Of a DNA stretch of 64,000 bases, positions 12,501-26,040 are shown piece after piece. Where the stretch lies: contig NC_068990.1 in assembly GCF_001194135.2 (NCBI RefSeq), forward strand, positions 81,349,855 through 81,413,854, given 5' to 3'. The notes beneath the pieces were generated by a model. That model was given only the letters and a program-made list of their open reading frames with translations. It was not told where the DNA came from and ran no database searches. Position numbers and translations under genes: made by a program. The stretch comes from Octopus bimaculoides (taxonomy: Eukaryota). The stretch's first letter is position 1; each line of letters opens with the position of its first letter.

Positions 12501-13289
12501 AAAAATGTCTGTGGGCCCTTATATCTATGTCTCATTACTGCCCTTTTATCATACACGTATGTCTAACTCCTATAGACCAGTGTTTAAAACGCAAATAAAC
12601 GGTAAGTTGGAATCATTTCAGAGGGTAATGTATTTAAACTATATTTACACGGCTCAACAGTAAACAACAACATATGCTCGAAGGTGAGATGGTTCCTATG
12701 TATTTAGCAACAGTTTTAAATCAGTGATTTAAAACAATTCGTGCATTTTAAACACGGAGAGTCACGACTTTGTTTGACATCGATAGGTTAAAAGAAAATA
12801 TCGATAAAAGTTTACTTTGAACAGTAGAGCAGAGAAATGAACTCAACAGAGGTTAGGGTCATCTGTTGTTCTCTGTAGTTGTAATATTTATGTATTTACT
12901 TCTTTATTCATTTATTCAATTTTACAGGAAATAGTTAACAAAAGTCTATATCTGGATAGCAGAGATTTTTATCTTTCAATTACTTTGTAAACAAATTATT
13001 CGTGTTCTTTGTTCATTAATACTGTTATATGTTTTTCTTGCTAACGATCTAATATTTAATTACGAGAATATTTGTTTTCTAAATAATAAAAATAATTTAA
13101 TTACTCGACTGAGATTTCTCGGTCATGCTTTTTGAATTTCTTAATTTTATTTTTATTTTTTCGGAATAATTAAATATATTCTCCATATCGAAGCATAAAA
13201 GGAAAAACAAGCGAAAAGAGATAGAGAGTGAGAGAGGTAGAGAAAACATAGAGGCAAATGAAAATGGAGGGGATTTCAATGAACCCATG

Positions 13290-13465
13290 AGGAAATCTCT
13301 ACGTGGGGACTTGATCAGCCAAATCCGCATAAAATCGCACACTTAAGATAAAAGAACGGGTCATTGAATAAATTCGTCCAATTAAATAAAACGGGATGGC
13401 CTTGGTTTATATGCATTTGGTCATAGGCGGCGGTTCGATCAGGTCTGACTTATACTAAACAATGA
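13290..13465. repeat. Dispersed repeat family C
   Basis: cagccaaatcc...acgggatggcc...ttggtcatagg...gatcagg...taaacaa. Confidence 0.55.
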
Positions 13466-14159
13466 GGACTTATGTACACCTGCTCACGCCAATTAACACA
13501 TTATTGTGTATGACTAAACAAGTATACAGAGATAAGAGGAACAAACTGTTGACCTACTCAAAAGTGTTAGAGTTTACTCGGCAGAAGAGTTTACATGCTA
13601 TTAACAGTTCTATCTGGTGTTTTACTGTGATACATAACTTTGGCACGCGGACGTGCACACCCAGTCTGTGGTTTAAAACCAGTTCCTGGTCACTGTATGC
13701 ATTCTTTGTTTTGTTTTTTTTTTTTTCTTTACTTACTTCAGTCATTTGACTGCGGCCATGCTGCAGCACCGCCTTAAAGGATCTTTAAGCCGAAGAAATC
13801 GACTCTCCATAAATCCCATAAATTATTTATGCCGCAAGCATTTGGGCTAAATTGCTTCGGCAGCAATCAATCCATGATAGAGTCCGTTAAGTTCACTTGC
13901 CGTGTGAAATGAAGAATCTACCATTCCGTCCTCTTGCATTGTTTGAGGACGGGAAAATAGGTGGAGTTCATTGTCGTTTTAGTTACAAATATAATAAAAA
14001 CATGGCTTTGCAAGGCAGTTGCAGCGTCATATATTAACTGTGTGACGTATTAGCTATATGAGGTATTAAATATGAAGCGTATTAGTTAGTCAAACATCGT
14101 AATCATTAAGTGAGTTGTCTAATGGTTATGTTGTTGGTTTCACTATCATAATTCCGTAA

Positions 14160-14270
14160 GTAAAATTCCCTGGACTAGGCTGTACGTTGTGTCTTTGAGC
14201 AAGTCACTTCAATTCGTTTCAAGTTCCTCCAGTCTAATCATATGAAAATGAGTACCAGCCAAGTGCTGCT
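14160..14270 (+). mobile_element. CORE-like SINE fragment
   Basis: tgtgtctttgagcaagtcactt...ctccagtc...gaaaatgagtacc resembles the CORE-type gtccttgRgcaagtcactt block. Confidence 0.45.
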
Positions 14271-14834
14271 GCAGCATTTCTCCTCCAGCCTCTGGGCAAG
14301 CACTGAAAAAGTCGACAGAGTGTTTATGTCTGCTCTCGAGTACATGCCGAAGACAATTTACAAAAGTATGGATTCTGTTACCAAACCACTCTCGTTATCA
14401 GGTGACAGGGAGTGTCTCTAAATAAACAACAGTTGTATGACATAATACTAATGCGTTTTACTAGTTTTCTGATGCTTCAGATATATTACTTATCACGTGT
14501 TTGCATTCTCACTTCTTAACTCGGTGTCAAATGAAGATGTGCGCGGCAATTGACGCCACAAAGTTTCACAATCCCATTTCTTCTATTTATGAATTTCATA
14601 TTTAATTCTTGCTGCTAAAAGATAAGAGGATAGGCTGTAACTCTTGTCCCAGACTAAAGTATAGGAAATATTTAGGAGGACATTCTCAGTTCAACTGTTT
14701 ACAATAGTTAAACCTTTTGCTCCTTGAATATTAGCTGACGGTCTTTTGCTAGTATCTTTGTCTGGTAAAGCGATATTTTATGTTCCAACATCTTCCCCCA
14801 TCCACCAGGTACATAATTACGCAGGCAGGCAGGC

Positions 14835-14848
14835 ACACACACACACAC

Positions 14849-14924
<76 letters not shown>

Positions 14925-14966
14925 ACACATGTATATATAATATATAATATATAATATATATATACA

Positions 14967-15000
<34 letters not shown>

Positions 15001-15045
15001 AACATATATATGTATATATATATATACATATAAGCACATATATGC
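14835..15045. repeat. (CA)n, (TA)n and (TACA)n compound microsatellite
   Basis: Direct reading. Confidence 0.95.
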
Positions 15046-15890
15046 ATTTATATATTATTTCAATCTCTTACTGTTGTACTTATTGCAGTCATTTGACTTT
15101 GACCATGCTGGAGCACAACCTTAAAAGGTTTCTTTTTCAGTCGAAGAACCTATTCTTTGTAAGACTAGTAGTTATTCTATGGATGCTTATATATATANNN
15201 NNNNNNNNNNNNNNNNNNNNNNNNNNNNNNNNNNNNNNNNNNNNNNNNNNNNNNNNNNNNNNNNNNNNNNNNNNNNNNNNNNNNNNNNNNATATATATAT
15301 TATATGTATGGCTATATGGATATATATGTATGTATGTATATATACATATATTACTATGTATGTATGTATAGATGGGCATCTGTATATATATTCAAAAACA
15401 AGGACAGTGATTGTGTGTCTATAAACTTTTGTATGAAAGAGAGAGAGAGTGTATATATGTGTGTGTGTGTTTGTGTGTGTTTGAATGTATGTGTAATTAA
15501 CGCAAGATTATGATGAATGTTACTGTGGTCCTATGTATCATATTTTATGTTCCATAATATATTCTTGCATAGACCAATCGCATCATTTCCTTCAGTGAGT
15601 TAGACTAGATGTAGCAAATACCGCCATTCTAGAATACAGCATTCTGAAAACAGGGTCATGTGAGGTTGTGTAAACATCGATACCACCATGGTTTTATGGC
15701 AATTAATGTTCTACACATCATAAAACATAAAACGCTTGGAAGAAAATATGAAACTGTAATATGTAAAGTAAATATGAACTAAAAGATATAGTCGTGTACC
15801 AAAGTATTTTGTTATATCTAACAATTATATTTTTCCAATGAATGTTACGCAGAATAAATGCACATACATATTCATAAATATATACACGCA

Positions 15891-16026
15891 TAGGTGCAAG
15901 AGTGTAGCTTGCTTACCAAGCACATTGTTCAGGGTTCAGTCCCACTGCGTGGTAACTTGGACAAGTGTCTTCTACTATAGCCTTGGACCGACCAAATCCT
16001 TGTGAGTGGATTTCTAGACGGAAAAT
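15891..16026 (+). mobile_element. SINE family A head
   Basis: taggtgcaagagtg...gggttcagtcccactgcgtgg...tagacggaaa. Confidence 0.8.
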
Positions 16027-16673
16027 ACGCGTTCAAGAATTTCTGTAAAATGATGGGAGCATAAACGACACCTAAATCAATTAAAAATCAGACATATAGT
16101 AGAAAGGAAAGAAATTCCAATAAAAGTGCCTTACGACATGTTCGATGCGCCAGCACCGAAAAGAGATTGAGCCTAGAAGGAGCTGTAACAGAAGACGTAA
16201 ACAGACTAAACCTTTAGAAATAATTCCTAAGTGGAAAAGATACTGAAATAGCTAGGGTAGCAAAATTTCAAAAAGGAAAAGCTGTTGGAAAGAAAGAATA
16301 ATAAATAATAAAAAAAAGTTCGTTTCCTACGGAAGTCGAAATCTCAAAAGGGGAGATGTTGTGTCGAGAGTCACTACACCCTCCTATGAAAATAGACTTG
16401 ACCAAACGACTATAAATAGTAGCCGTCTGAGTGAGAAACAGACAGCATTAGTTGTAAGGTGTCGTTTTGGTAGTTTGTCGGAATATCGTTTGTTGGTTCA
16501 TGTATAGCTCGTGGGGGGGGGGGATTGTTATGTTGTTGTTATCCTGATTCGTTATATGTTTTATTGTTACTACACGGTTATAGTGTGAACAAATATTGTC
16601 ATAATTAGTGACGATTCTATAATAATTGATGACGAGTAACTATGTTACAATATACATACTTTTATATATATAC

Positions 16674-16728
<55 letters not shown>

Positions 16729-16823
16729 GATAGATATGCAAATAGATAGATAGATAGATAAGATAGATAGATAGATACATAGATAGATATATAGAAAAAT
16801 AGATAGGTAGGTAATACATAGAG

Positions 16824-16904
<81 letters not shown>

Positions 16905-17961
16905 TGTGTGTGTATACATAAGCGCATATATCTGTATATGTATATAAATATATATATACACAAATGTATATATATATGTGTGTGTATATACATGTATATG
17001 TTTGTATGCATACATGCATTTGTGTATTTATGTATGAATGTATGTATATAAGAGATTTATGATGTATAATATTAGAAAAGTATGCACTTAAATAGGATGA
17101 TAGCCATTAACTGTTCTATTAATTTGAAGGAGTTTTTTACTTTCACTTTTTTATTGGAAATTTGATTTTAATTCTAAAATTGCTGTGACATTTTCAAAAT
17201 ATTTATCGAAGTGGAAGTAAAAAATTATATTATTGAAATAGGAAACATCTTGGAGATATAGTAATGTGACTTTATTGATTATAAAACTTTTATTGACAAT
17301 AACAAGTAATAAGTTCATTATTTTTTACGATGTGTCATGTTTATTAATTTTCTTCTTTATAGATAAAAGAATTGTGTTGCTTATTTTTACATTTTAGGGA
17401 ATTGGGGGGGCGGATATTTAAAAATATTTTTTCCTTTTATTAGTATTGTATATATTAGTTCTGAGTTTTCCGTACCTTCTGCAGAAATACCAAGATTAGT
17501 TACACATAAATGGTTGACAGTTGACATTTGTTTTTCTATGTTTACGCAACACAATGAAATATCACCATGTTCTTGACATTTAGTCTAAAGATTAGATTAA
17601 AAGTTTAAAGGAACTTGTCGAAATTATGATCACAGAATTTTAGAAAGAGATGTGGATATAAAAAAAGGGAAAAGATGTTTAATGATTGAGAGAAGGAGAG
17701 ATAGACAGAGCGAACGAGAGGGGAGTTAGAAAGAAAACAGCCAAAAAAAGGAGAGCGCATTTAATTTTGTATTATCGATCGAGTGATTAAAATGGAAATG
17801 AAATGATGAAAATAAGCAATATAAAGACTATCATACAGCTATTGTCATACAATTGAAGATTTCAACCAAACATAAGATAAATAATGAGATATCTTTTAGT
17901 ATAGGATTTCACAAGGCCACACTAATGTCTTTTATCCGAAGCTGTTTACATCACTTAAAAG

Positions 17962-18750
17962 CAGAGGCGTATCTAGGGTCGATGGCGCCCAGAGCAAATC
18001 AATAATTGACGCCCATATATCCAGTATTCTTTACAATTCTAGCCGAATCCTATTATGATAATCAAACTAGAAACACGGTATCATAATTCTAACTTGCATT
18101 TAAGAAGATTGTTTTTTGCCAAATGAAAAAGAGTTATATATAAACACATACGAAACTCCTAAATCTATTATTAATGCATTTACAAGCAAAACACTACCGA
18201 AATAAGTAAACATTTGTGGAAATGAAGTTATACCAATTATACAAAAGTTTAATAAAATGTTTTGAGCACACCTTTGACCGTTTTTATGAATAATTTTGAG
18301 CCTCATCTTAAATCAATAACATTCTTATTTTTGACGATACACAAACATCCTTATCGTCACTTTTGGTTTCAGTTTCAGTCTGAAGCAATGCTAGAGACAA
18401 CAAACTTTCCCGGTTTGTCGAGGCTTTCCGATATGAGAAGGCTAATTTAAATTTGCTACAAGATTGCTAACAAGTGTTAGTTTAGAGTAGAAGAACGAAC
18501 TACTCTCAAGCGCTAAACATTTCCTTCTCCAATATGAACAACAAACTTGAGGAGTTATTCAATCCTAGCAATCTGAATCATTCACGACTTTTCAGAAGCT
18601 TTTTATAATCAGACTCCTTCGTCAATTCTATAAAACAGTGCAAAGTTGTGACGACTTTTCTTTAAGTAATTTAAGAACGCTGTTGCATTCATTTGAAACA
18701 CGCGTTAATCTTCAAGCGTTTAAAATGAAATCCCTGCTCCCAACCTTCCG
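17962..18750 (-). mobile_element. hAT transposon remnant (C-terminal dimerisation region plus one terminus)
   Basis: Minus strand at about 18330-18420 reads STNRESLLSLALLQTETE, like the hAT STMxxERLxxLALLxIExE motif. A hAT-like terminus cagaggcgtatctagggtcgatggcgccc starts at 17962. Confidence 0.55.
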
Positions 18751-18900
18751 ACTTATAGTGTCTGTATGTGTATATGTATATTTCTATCTCCATTCCAATG
18801 ATTCTTGTCGTTATCGTAATCGTTTTACTCAGGACAGTTCTAATCAAGCTAGATAGGCCTGAAATGTCAGTTTGATTGTCAAGCAATATATATTTTGCCT

Positions 18901-19227
18901 TTAAGGCGGCGAGATGGCAGAAACGTTAGCACGCCTTTCGAGGTCGATAAATTAAGTACCAGTTACGCACTGGGGTCGATGTAATCGACTTAATCCCTTT
19001 GTCTGTCCTTGTTTGTCCCCTCTATGTTTAGCCCCTTGTGGGCAATAAAGAAATAAGAAACGTTAGGACGCCGGGCGAAATGCTTAGCGATATTTCGTCT
19101 GATTTACGTTCTGAGTTCAAATTTTGTCGAGGTCGATTTTGCCTCTCATCCTTTCGGGGTCTATAAGTACCAGCTGCGTACTTCCTCCTCCCCCAAAATT
19201 TCGGGCCTTGTGCCTAGAGTAGGAAAG
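18901..19227 (+). mobile_element. SINE family B, dimeric copy with internal deletion and 16-bp TSD
   Basis: A-box tggcagaaacg, B-box gagttcaaatt, two internal units; TSD aatatatattttgcct (18885-18900) versus aatatacattttgcct (19228-19243). Confidence 0.9.
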
Positions 19228-20444
19228 AATATACATTTTGCCTCTCCCTGTTCAAAGATCTTTAACTGGAACCTCCCACTTTATGGGTTGGAAACCTTTG
19301 ATTTCCAAAGAAAGTATCATTTATAATGTCTTCAGTGTAGCTACTATCAAAAATGGTGCTAAAACGGCCTTCATCAAAGGCACCTTACTTTCGTTGTCGC
19401 CATCGCTGTTTCCTGAATAGAAGGACTGACTCTGATGCTACAGCAATATATAGTTAGGGTTAGGCTTGGCTTATAAAATAGCTGTAGGCTTTGTTTCCCT
19501 TGGATCTCGACTTACTGCATAGCAGTTATTTGCGTTAAGTAAGCCTGTTGACCATTTTCCAAGTGAACAGAAAGCTGCTGAATGTTACGATGTCTTCGTA
19601 TATGGAATGTATCAGAAAGCCTTTTTGTTTCTGAAGAATTTTTTTATTGATAGACTTGGGTAAATTCATCGCATCTGCCTTTGCTTGCGACAGAACAAAT
19701 ATTGTTGCGTCAGGTCCCTTGCTAATAAATTTGCTGGGATATTTGAATTGCAGGGTATTGATTAAGTCGTAAATGTTTTTGCAGAAGTGATCTGTTAGAA
19801 CCATACATCCATTTAAATTTTGTACTGCCCAACCAAAGTTTGGCATCGTTCATCCTTTGATGCACTCCTTCTGTAAGACGGATATATTTCTTTCTGTAAG
19901 AAGGATAGATTCATATTTAGAAACCATGTCAAATTGCTTGCATGTAAAAACCATCAGGCATTTTTTTTTTACATGCACACATTCTTCAGCCCATGATTCA
20001 TAGAAACATCTTCTATAGCGGGTTTTTTTTTCCAGAAACTATATTTAGTTCTGACCGTAATCTGAACGGGCATTCACGAAATTAGTGTTCCCGTTCAAAT
20101 TAATTAAAATTGCTGTTATGTCAAATCAGTTTGTGACACTGGGTTTTCACCTTAATCAGGTCTTCATTAATCAAGACTTCTGCTAAAGCTTTCACTTTCA
20201 TACAGAAATCTAGAGGAAAAGGGAAAGACAGGCAAAATGAGGGAGGTGTCAAAAGTATTAAAGTGGTAGTGAGATAAAGAAAAAGATACGAGACATAGAG
20301 ACTGACTGAGCTAGAGAGGGGGGGGGGGTTACGCGGTAAGAAAGAAGAAAATGCATTATGACTGAGAAACAGATAGACAAAAAGAAGAAAAAGAGAAACA
20401 GTAGAAGTAAGAAAGCTTTTAGTGAGGAAAAGGAAGAGGGATAC

Positions 20445-20492
<48 letters not shown>
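20445..20492. repeat. (AAT)n microsatellite
   Basis: Direct reading. Confidence 0.95.
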
Positions 20493-20493
<1 letters not shown>

Positions 20494-20692
20494 TATACTG
20501 ATTCAACTCTGTGGTGTCGGCTGCCGGTAGCGATTCTATATCAAAACGAGAGAGGTGGAGTAGATAACTATATACGCACGAACTTTCTCAAAACTATAAT
20601 CCATTTACATATATGTGTGTATGTGTGTGTGTATGTATGTATGAACGAATATATGTACGTATGTATATATATATATATGCATATATATATAC

Positions 20693-20738
<46 letters not shown>

Positions 20739-21564
20739 AGAGAGAGAAAAACTATTTTCAATCAATTGACTTTTATCACCGGACTGTTTCACCATGCATT
20801 TTTCTATAATTTTAGTTCTTCTTTGCGCAAATTGGCAACTCGAATGAAAAGATAAAAGAGAAAGGAACTATTTAAATCTATATTATGCTGTAATATAATT
20901 ATAATTCTTCTTTATCATTTAACTTCATTACTCAATTTAAGTTTATTATCTAAATTTTATAGTTTCGTATTATTTCCTTTTATTTATGTATGATTAAATA
21001 AAAGTAAACTGTGACTTTACGAGCTACTTTAAAAATATTGAACAAAACAAATGCCACAATTGTCATTTGCGGCTTCGGTATAAGCCGTTTTTCTAATACC
21101 TCAATTTTAACGGTATTTTATTATTCAATTTGTAACTTTGATATATATACATAAACATGGATGTGTTTGATATATATAAACTTGTGTGTGTGTGTGTGTT
21201 AGAGTGTGTGTGTGCGCGTGTGTGTGTGTACAGAGAGGGAGAGAGAGAAAGAGAGAGATTTATATGTGTGAGATTGTTTTTACACGAACATATTTATACA
21301 CACATACAAACATTGTGTGTGTGTATATATATGTATATTCTATTTATGTTAATGTGTGTGTGCGTGGGCTCGTGTGAGCATTTGTATACAGAGAGAGAAC
21401 GAGAGAATGTGACAGAGATAGTACATCTTCATTTTCAAAAAGGATATATTTTAAATGGAAATATAAATCCATGATCTAAAATAGTAATCTGTAAAATTTG
21501 ACACCTATTGTCCGTACTCTACCTGCCGAATACTAGATACTTCACAGCTTAATTTATAACTTTG

Positions 21565-21725
21565 GCTCTGCGCGCGTGAGCGAAAGCAGGGTATTTTAAT
21601 AATTTGTCTTTGTCTGTTTGTCTGTGTGTTTGCAAAATTACTAGAAAAAAAGGCTGAACGGATTTTCACCCCATTTGACAGAAATACTCATTGGTGAGTG
21701 ACTCGAAATAATGAAAATTTGGTTT
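21565..21725. mobile_element. HINE/DINE-1-like fragment
   Basis: cgcgcgtgagcgaaagcagggtatt, (tctg)n, then gcaaaattact...gaacggattttcacc, a typical Helentron non-autonomous 5' layout. Confidence 0.4.
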
Positions 21726-23201
21726 GATTATCTTCAAACATACATAAATACACACATAGATATGCGACTGTGTGTGTGTGTGTGTATGTGTGTGTGTGTG
21801 CGTGTGTATGTGCGCACGCGTGTGTGTACAATGATGGATTCGAGGGTTTCGTTTATTTACGAAACAATTTCTTAATTTCACCGGAGTATAAATACCAATA
21901 ATGGAGATACTTAAAAAAATAAAATAAAATAAAAAAATAATTTTTAAAAATCGAAATTACAAATGTCCCGATAAGCATATTATTTATATCCTACAACGAA
22001 CTAAAGTACGTCTGATTCACTTGCCTTTGTTGAACGACGTTCAAAACACTTCTCAAATTCTATGCAATATTTTCTATACGTATTTCATTTTGTTCACTTT
22101 CTTTTTCATAATCATGATTATTATTTCTTTCAGTTCAATTAAAAAGAATGGATAAGCAACGCATTCTAAGCCGCACTATAATTTGTGAAACAAAATGTAT
22201 CTGCTCGCAGGGTATTCATCGTACCTCCGATGCCTTTTACTCATTTATTTATGTATTTGTTTATTTATTTATTTATTAGTCTCGATGCGTATAACTGTCT
22301 ATAGACCTTACAAACGGTCTGTGAGTGGTTTCAGGAAGAGTTTTCATAGGAATAAATTTTGGATTCGTGATATTGATGATGTAAGACAGATTGATAGTTG
22401 AGTTCATGGGACTGGATATGTACTCAGTAAGTACAGAAAAACCTAGGTCATTGTAGATTCTGCAAAATAGGCAGAGTGAGCAGACAGGTAGATAGCATGA
22501 TTGCCAGTTAAAGTTTGTAGCTTGTTGGTGAATGCCTGTTTGTTCAGCGGTGTGCGATTTAAGAATAATTGGTGACCTTGCTAATTTGTTGCAACTGACA
22601 ATGTATTTTCACTTTTCTTATTGCCTTAGTCGGGAGTAAAGAGCTGGAAGACAATATGTAAGCTTGTTAATTCGGACACAACCATCCATCTGAAAGTGAG
22701 AAAAAAGAGAAAAAAAGTAGTGTTGACTCTTTGGTCTGGAAAGTGTTTCTCATTTTATTTTTCCCCTAACCAATCAACAACGTCACTTTTCCGTTTTGCG
22801 TCACTTTCAGGTAGGAAGCTTCTATGCTTCACTCCATCAGCCACAAATATTGACCAAATGACTTTTATATAATACGCCATTGTCTTTAACAATGTAAGTA
22901 GGGAGATATTAAGTAACATAATCGAAGATAGAAAAGCACAGGATGGTCAAGGCTGGAGCGCTTTTCACAATAAGTCTGCTACCATCCACTTCTTCACACT
23001 CTCAGGCGAAAAGCAAAGACAGAAATATTCATGGTTTGTAGGTAGGTGGTACTTCGTTTAGCAAACCACCTAAATACGCCTATCTACAACCCATTAATAT
23101 TTACGTACCAGCTCCAGAAATGCGTTTAATATGTAAATTGGTTTATCCATTAACTTAACACCGCTGCATGTAGTGATTATAAAAGCAATGTATTCGGCGG
23201 C

Positions 23202-23280
23202 GAGAATGGATCTAGCTGGGTGCTGATGAAAGGGAACGCCCCGCCCCGAAATATGGCATGTACACGAATTACCCATTTTT
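23202..23280 (+). ncRNA. Type I hammerhead ribozyme-like motif (Penelope-type, probably degenerate)
   Basis: gtg-CTGATGA(23223-29)-aa-ggg..ccc-GAAA(23248-51)-tat-ggc-atg-TA-cac. Stem I proximal gtg/cac, distal gagaatgg/ccattttt. The base of stem II is imperfect. Confidence 0.45.
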
Positions 23281-24637
23281 GTCTTCGATCTCATTGTTTG
23301 TTTATATCTGACGTTTCGAAACGAAACGTTGCAGCAAAAGTCAGAGCTGGCTATAAGTTCTATCGAATATCTGTAGAAATGAATTAATCAAACTCTTCTC
23401 TCCAAAATGTATTATTGAATTATGCGATAAAATCTTGACGTCATTCACCATTACTTTTCTTTCAAAATTCCGGATTTTACACTGGAAAACAATAGTTGCA
23501 CTCTTGTTAACATACCTAATGTAAGGAAAAGTAGATATTTCAGCTGTTAGTCTGTAGATGTCTCTGTTTTTGTCATATCTCAATATTTTCACGTGAACAT
23601 CATTTTTTATCGAAATTAATGGTAGAAATAAGTTTCTGTGAAGACGAACATATAATTGTTAACTGAAAAAAAAATGAAAATAAGATAGATTTATTAGATG
23701 CTGTCATATAAACCGTTTCATATGTTAGAAATTTTCTACTCTTAAAAACATTGTGTGTCTTTAAATTAATAATAGCGAAAAAAAATTTTCGGCTGTAGCA
23801 CAATTCTCAGACAACACTGTTTTCCAGGACACTAACTTGAATCTATCAACTCTTCTATCGGAAAGAGATTGGAAAACGAATATTTAGAGTATATGTATCA
23901 TAAAAACCATTTCCTATTCTTTTATGGTGAAATCTATCTTTGCATAAAAGAGGCTTGGCAAATAGAAAGCCGCAGATAAAACCAGCGTGATGCCGAAATG
24001 GGTGTGTCTGTTCTTTCATGGATATAATAAATATTATAATCGAAAGCTGCTTTCTGTCAATTCCATATTTTGCCGAATGGAATGAAAGTACCAATTCTTG
24101 AAGGAGGAATAAGTACATGCATATATANNNNNNNNNNNNNNNNNNNNNNNNNNNNNNNNNNNNNNNNNNNNNNNNNNNNNNNNNNNNNNNATATATATAT
24201 ATATATATACATGTATATATATGTAGGTATGTATGTATATATACATTTTTACATACGCATATATGTATACACATATACATATATGTGTGAGTGTGTGTTT
24301 GTGCGTGTGTGTGTGTGTGTGTGGTTCCCTAAGCGTTGTGTACATATTTCACATACATGTAACAAGGCATAAATAACTGTGTGTGCAACAAGTATATATG
24401 AGTGTGAATATATGAATTATATATCTACATCGATTATTATTGCCAAACGCAAAAACGAATGCACCAGTACACACATACGTATATATATATACATATAAAG
24501 ACACACACACATTCACACATATATATTTACATATTTATATCAGGTATATTTGTGTGTGTGTGCTTGTGTGTGCTTGTGTGTGTGTGTGTGTGTGTGGGTG
24601 TGGGTGTGGGTGTGTGGGTGTGTTTCTGTGTGCGTGC

Positions 24638-24683
<46 letters not shown>

Positions 24684-25046
24684 GTGCATTTGTGTGCCTG
24701 TTTGTACTGAATTTACACGCGTTGCTGTAGATGCATTATATCCAAGTCTGAGAGAATACGAACCATTAAATGGCGTTGGAAAGCAAAACTTGATGTCTTT
24801 TTAATGTTCTGAGAGAAGAAATATAAAATTTTAGTTATTTCGCTCCAAACGAATAATACAAATTTTAGAAATGTGAATCTAGATTTCTAGGAACTGGTCC
24901 ACTTTTAAATGAAAATTATTAGAAATTTACTAAGGACATGTTTACATGTTTACAGTATAAAATATTCTTAAAGGACAGATTATTTAACAGAGAGCAGCAT
25001 CTACAAAACCCTCGAGAAGTGGGTTGATTGTTAAAACTTTCTGTAA

Positions 25047-25213
25047 TAGGCGCAGGAGTGGCTGTGTGGTAAGTTGCTTGCTTAACAACCACATGGTTCT
25101 GGGTTCAGTCCCCCTACATGGCATCTTGGGCAAGTATCTTCTACTATAGCCTCGGGCCGACCAAAGCCTTGTGAGTGGATTTGGTAGACGGAAACTGAAA
25201 GAAGCCTGTCGTA

Positions 25214-25244
<31 letters not shown>

Positions 25245-25552
25245 NNNNNNNNNNNNNNNNNNNNNNNNNNNNNNNNNNNNNNNNNNNNNNNNNNNNNNNN
25301 NNNNNNNNNNNNNNNATATATGTGTGTGTGTGTGTGTGTTTGTCCCCCCACCATCACTTGACAACCGATGCTGGTGTGTTCACGTCCCCGTAACCTAGCG
25401 GTTCGGCAAAAAGGTACCGATAGAATAAGTACTAGGCTTTACAAAGAATAAATCCTGGGGTCGATTTACTCGACTAAAGGCGATGCTCCAGCATGGCCAC
25501 AGTCAAATAACTGAAACAAGTAAAAGAGTAAAAGAGTAAAAGAGTAAAGAGA
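25047..25552 (+). mobile_element. SINE family A, full length (internal microsatellite partly N gap)
   Basis: taggcgcaggagtggctgtgtggtaag...gggttcagtccc...gctccagcatggccacagtcaaa...(gtaaaaga)n tail. Confidence 0.92.
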
Positions 25553-25819
25553 GTAATCCGGGTATGATAATCAGAGAGTAAAAAGAACGAAAATCAAGGG
25601 AATGACAAACAAAATTTTACTATTATTTATAGCTGGTAAAATACAATCAAGAAGCTACGTGAGTCACCGGTCACGGTTTGTTTCTTATATATATATATAT
25701 ATATATATATAAGCAGGGTCACGAATAGAAAACAGGATGGGCATGTGCCAAGTACATATATCTTTTCTACATGATAAATGCTATCATCAACCTCACTTTT
25801 GTGGATACAAGTAGCCATG

Positions 25820-26040
25820 TTGACCTAATGACTTTGAAGATGAGGAAATTGCGTGAAGATATCATAGAAATGTGCGAAATGATTAAAGAGCTAATGGATA
25901 CAGCCGATAGCGATTACTTTAAACTCTATGTTATCATTGGCTGAAACTAAAACAGCGAAGAAATTCTGGTTGGACTTAAGACAAGTTTTATTTAACCCGT
26001 ATATGACTGTATTAAAGAAGAATATCCTTCGGAAACAATA
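25820..26040 (+). mobile_element. CR1-type LINE 3' ORF remnant
   Basis: Translates TLKMRKLREDIIEMCEMIKELMDTADSDYFKL...KFWLDLRQVLF, like the CR1 TLExRRLRGDLIExFKxxKG segment. Confidence 0.55.

Noticed and set aside
19535-19846. 103-aa non-repetitive ORF on the minus strand
   Set aside because: It has no recognisable motif or splice structure, and its length is compatible with chance or decayed TE.
23341-23592. 83-aa ORF with a PYI motif near the hammerhead-like site
   Set aside because: Similarity to the Penelope RT-EN linker is too weak, and it is on the opposite strand to the motif.
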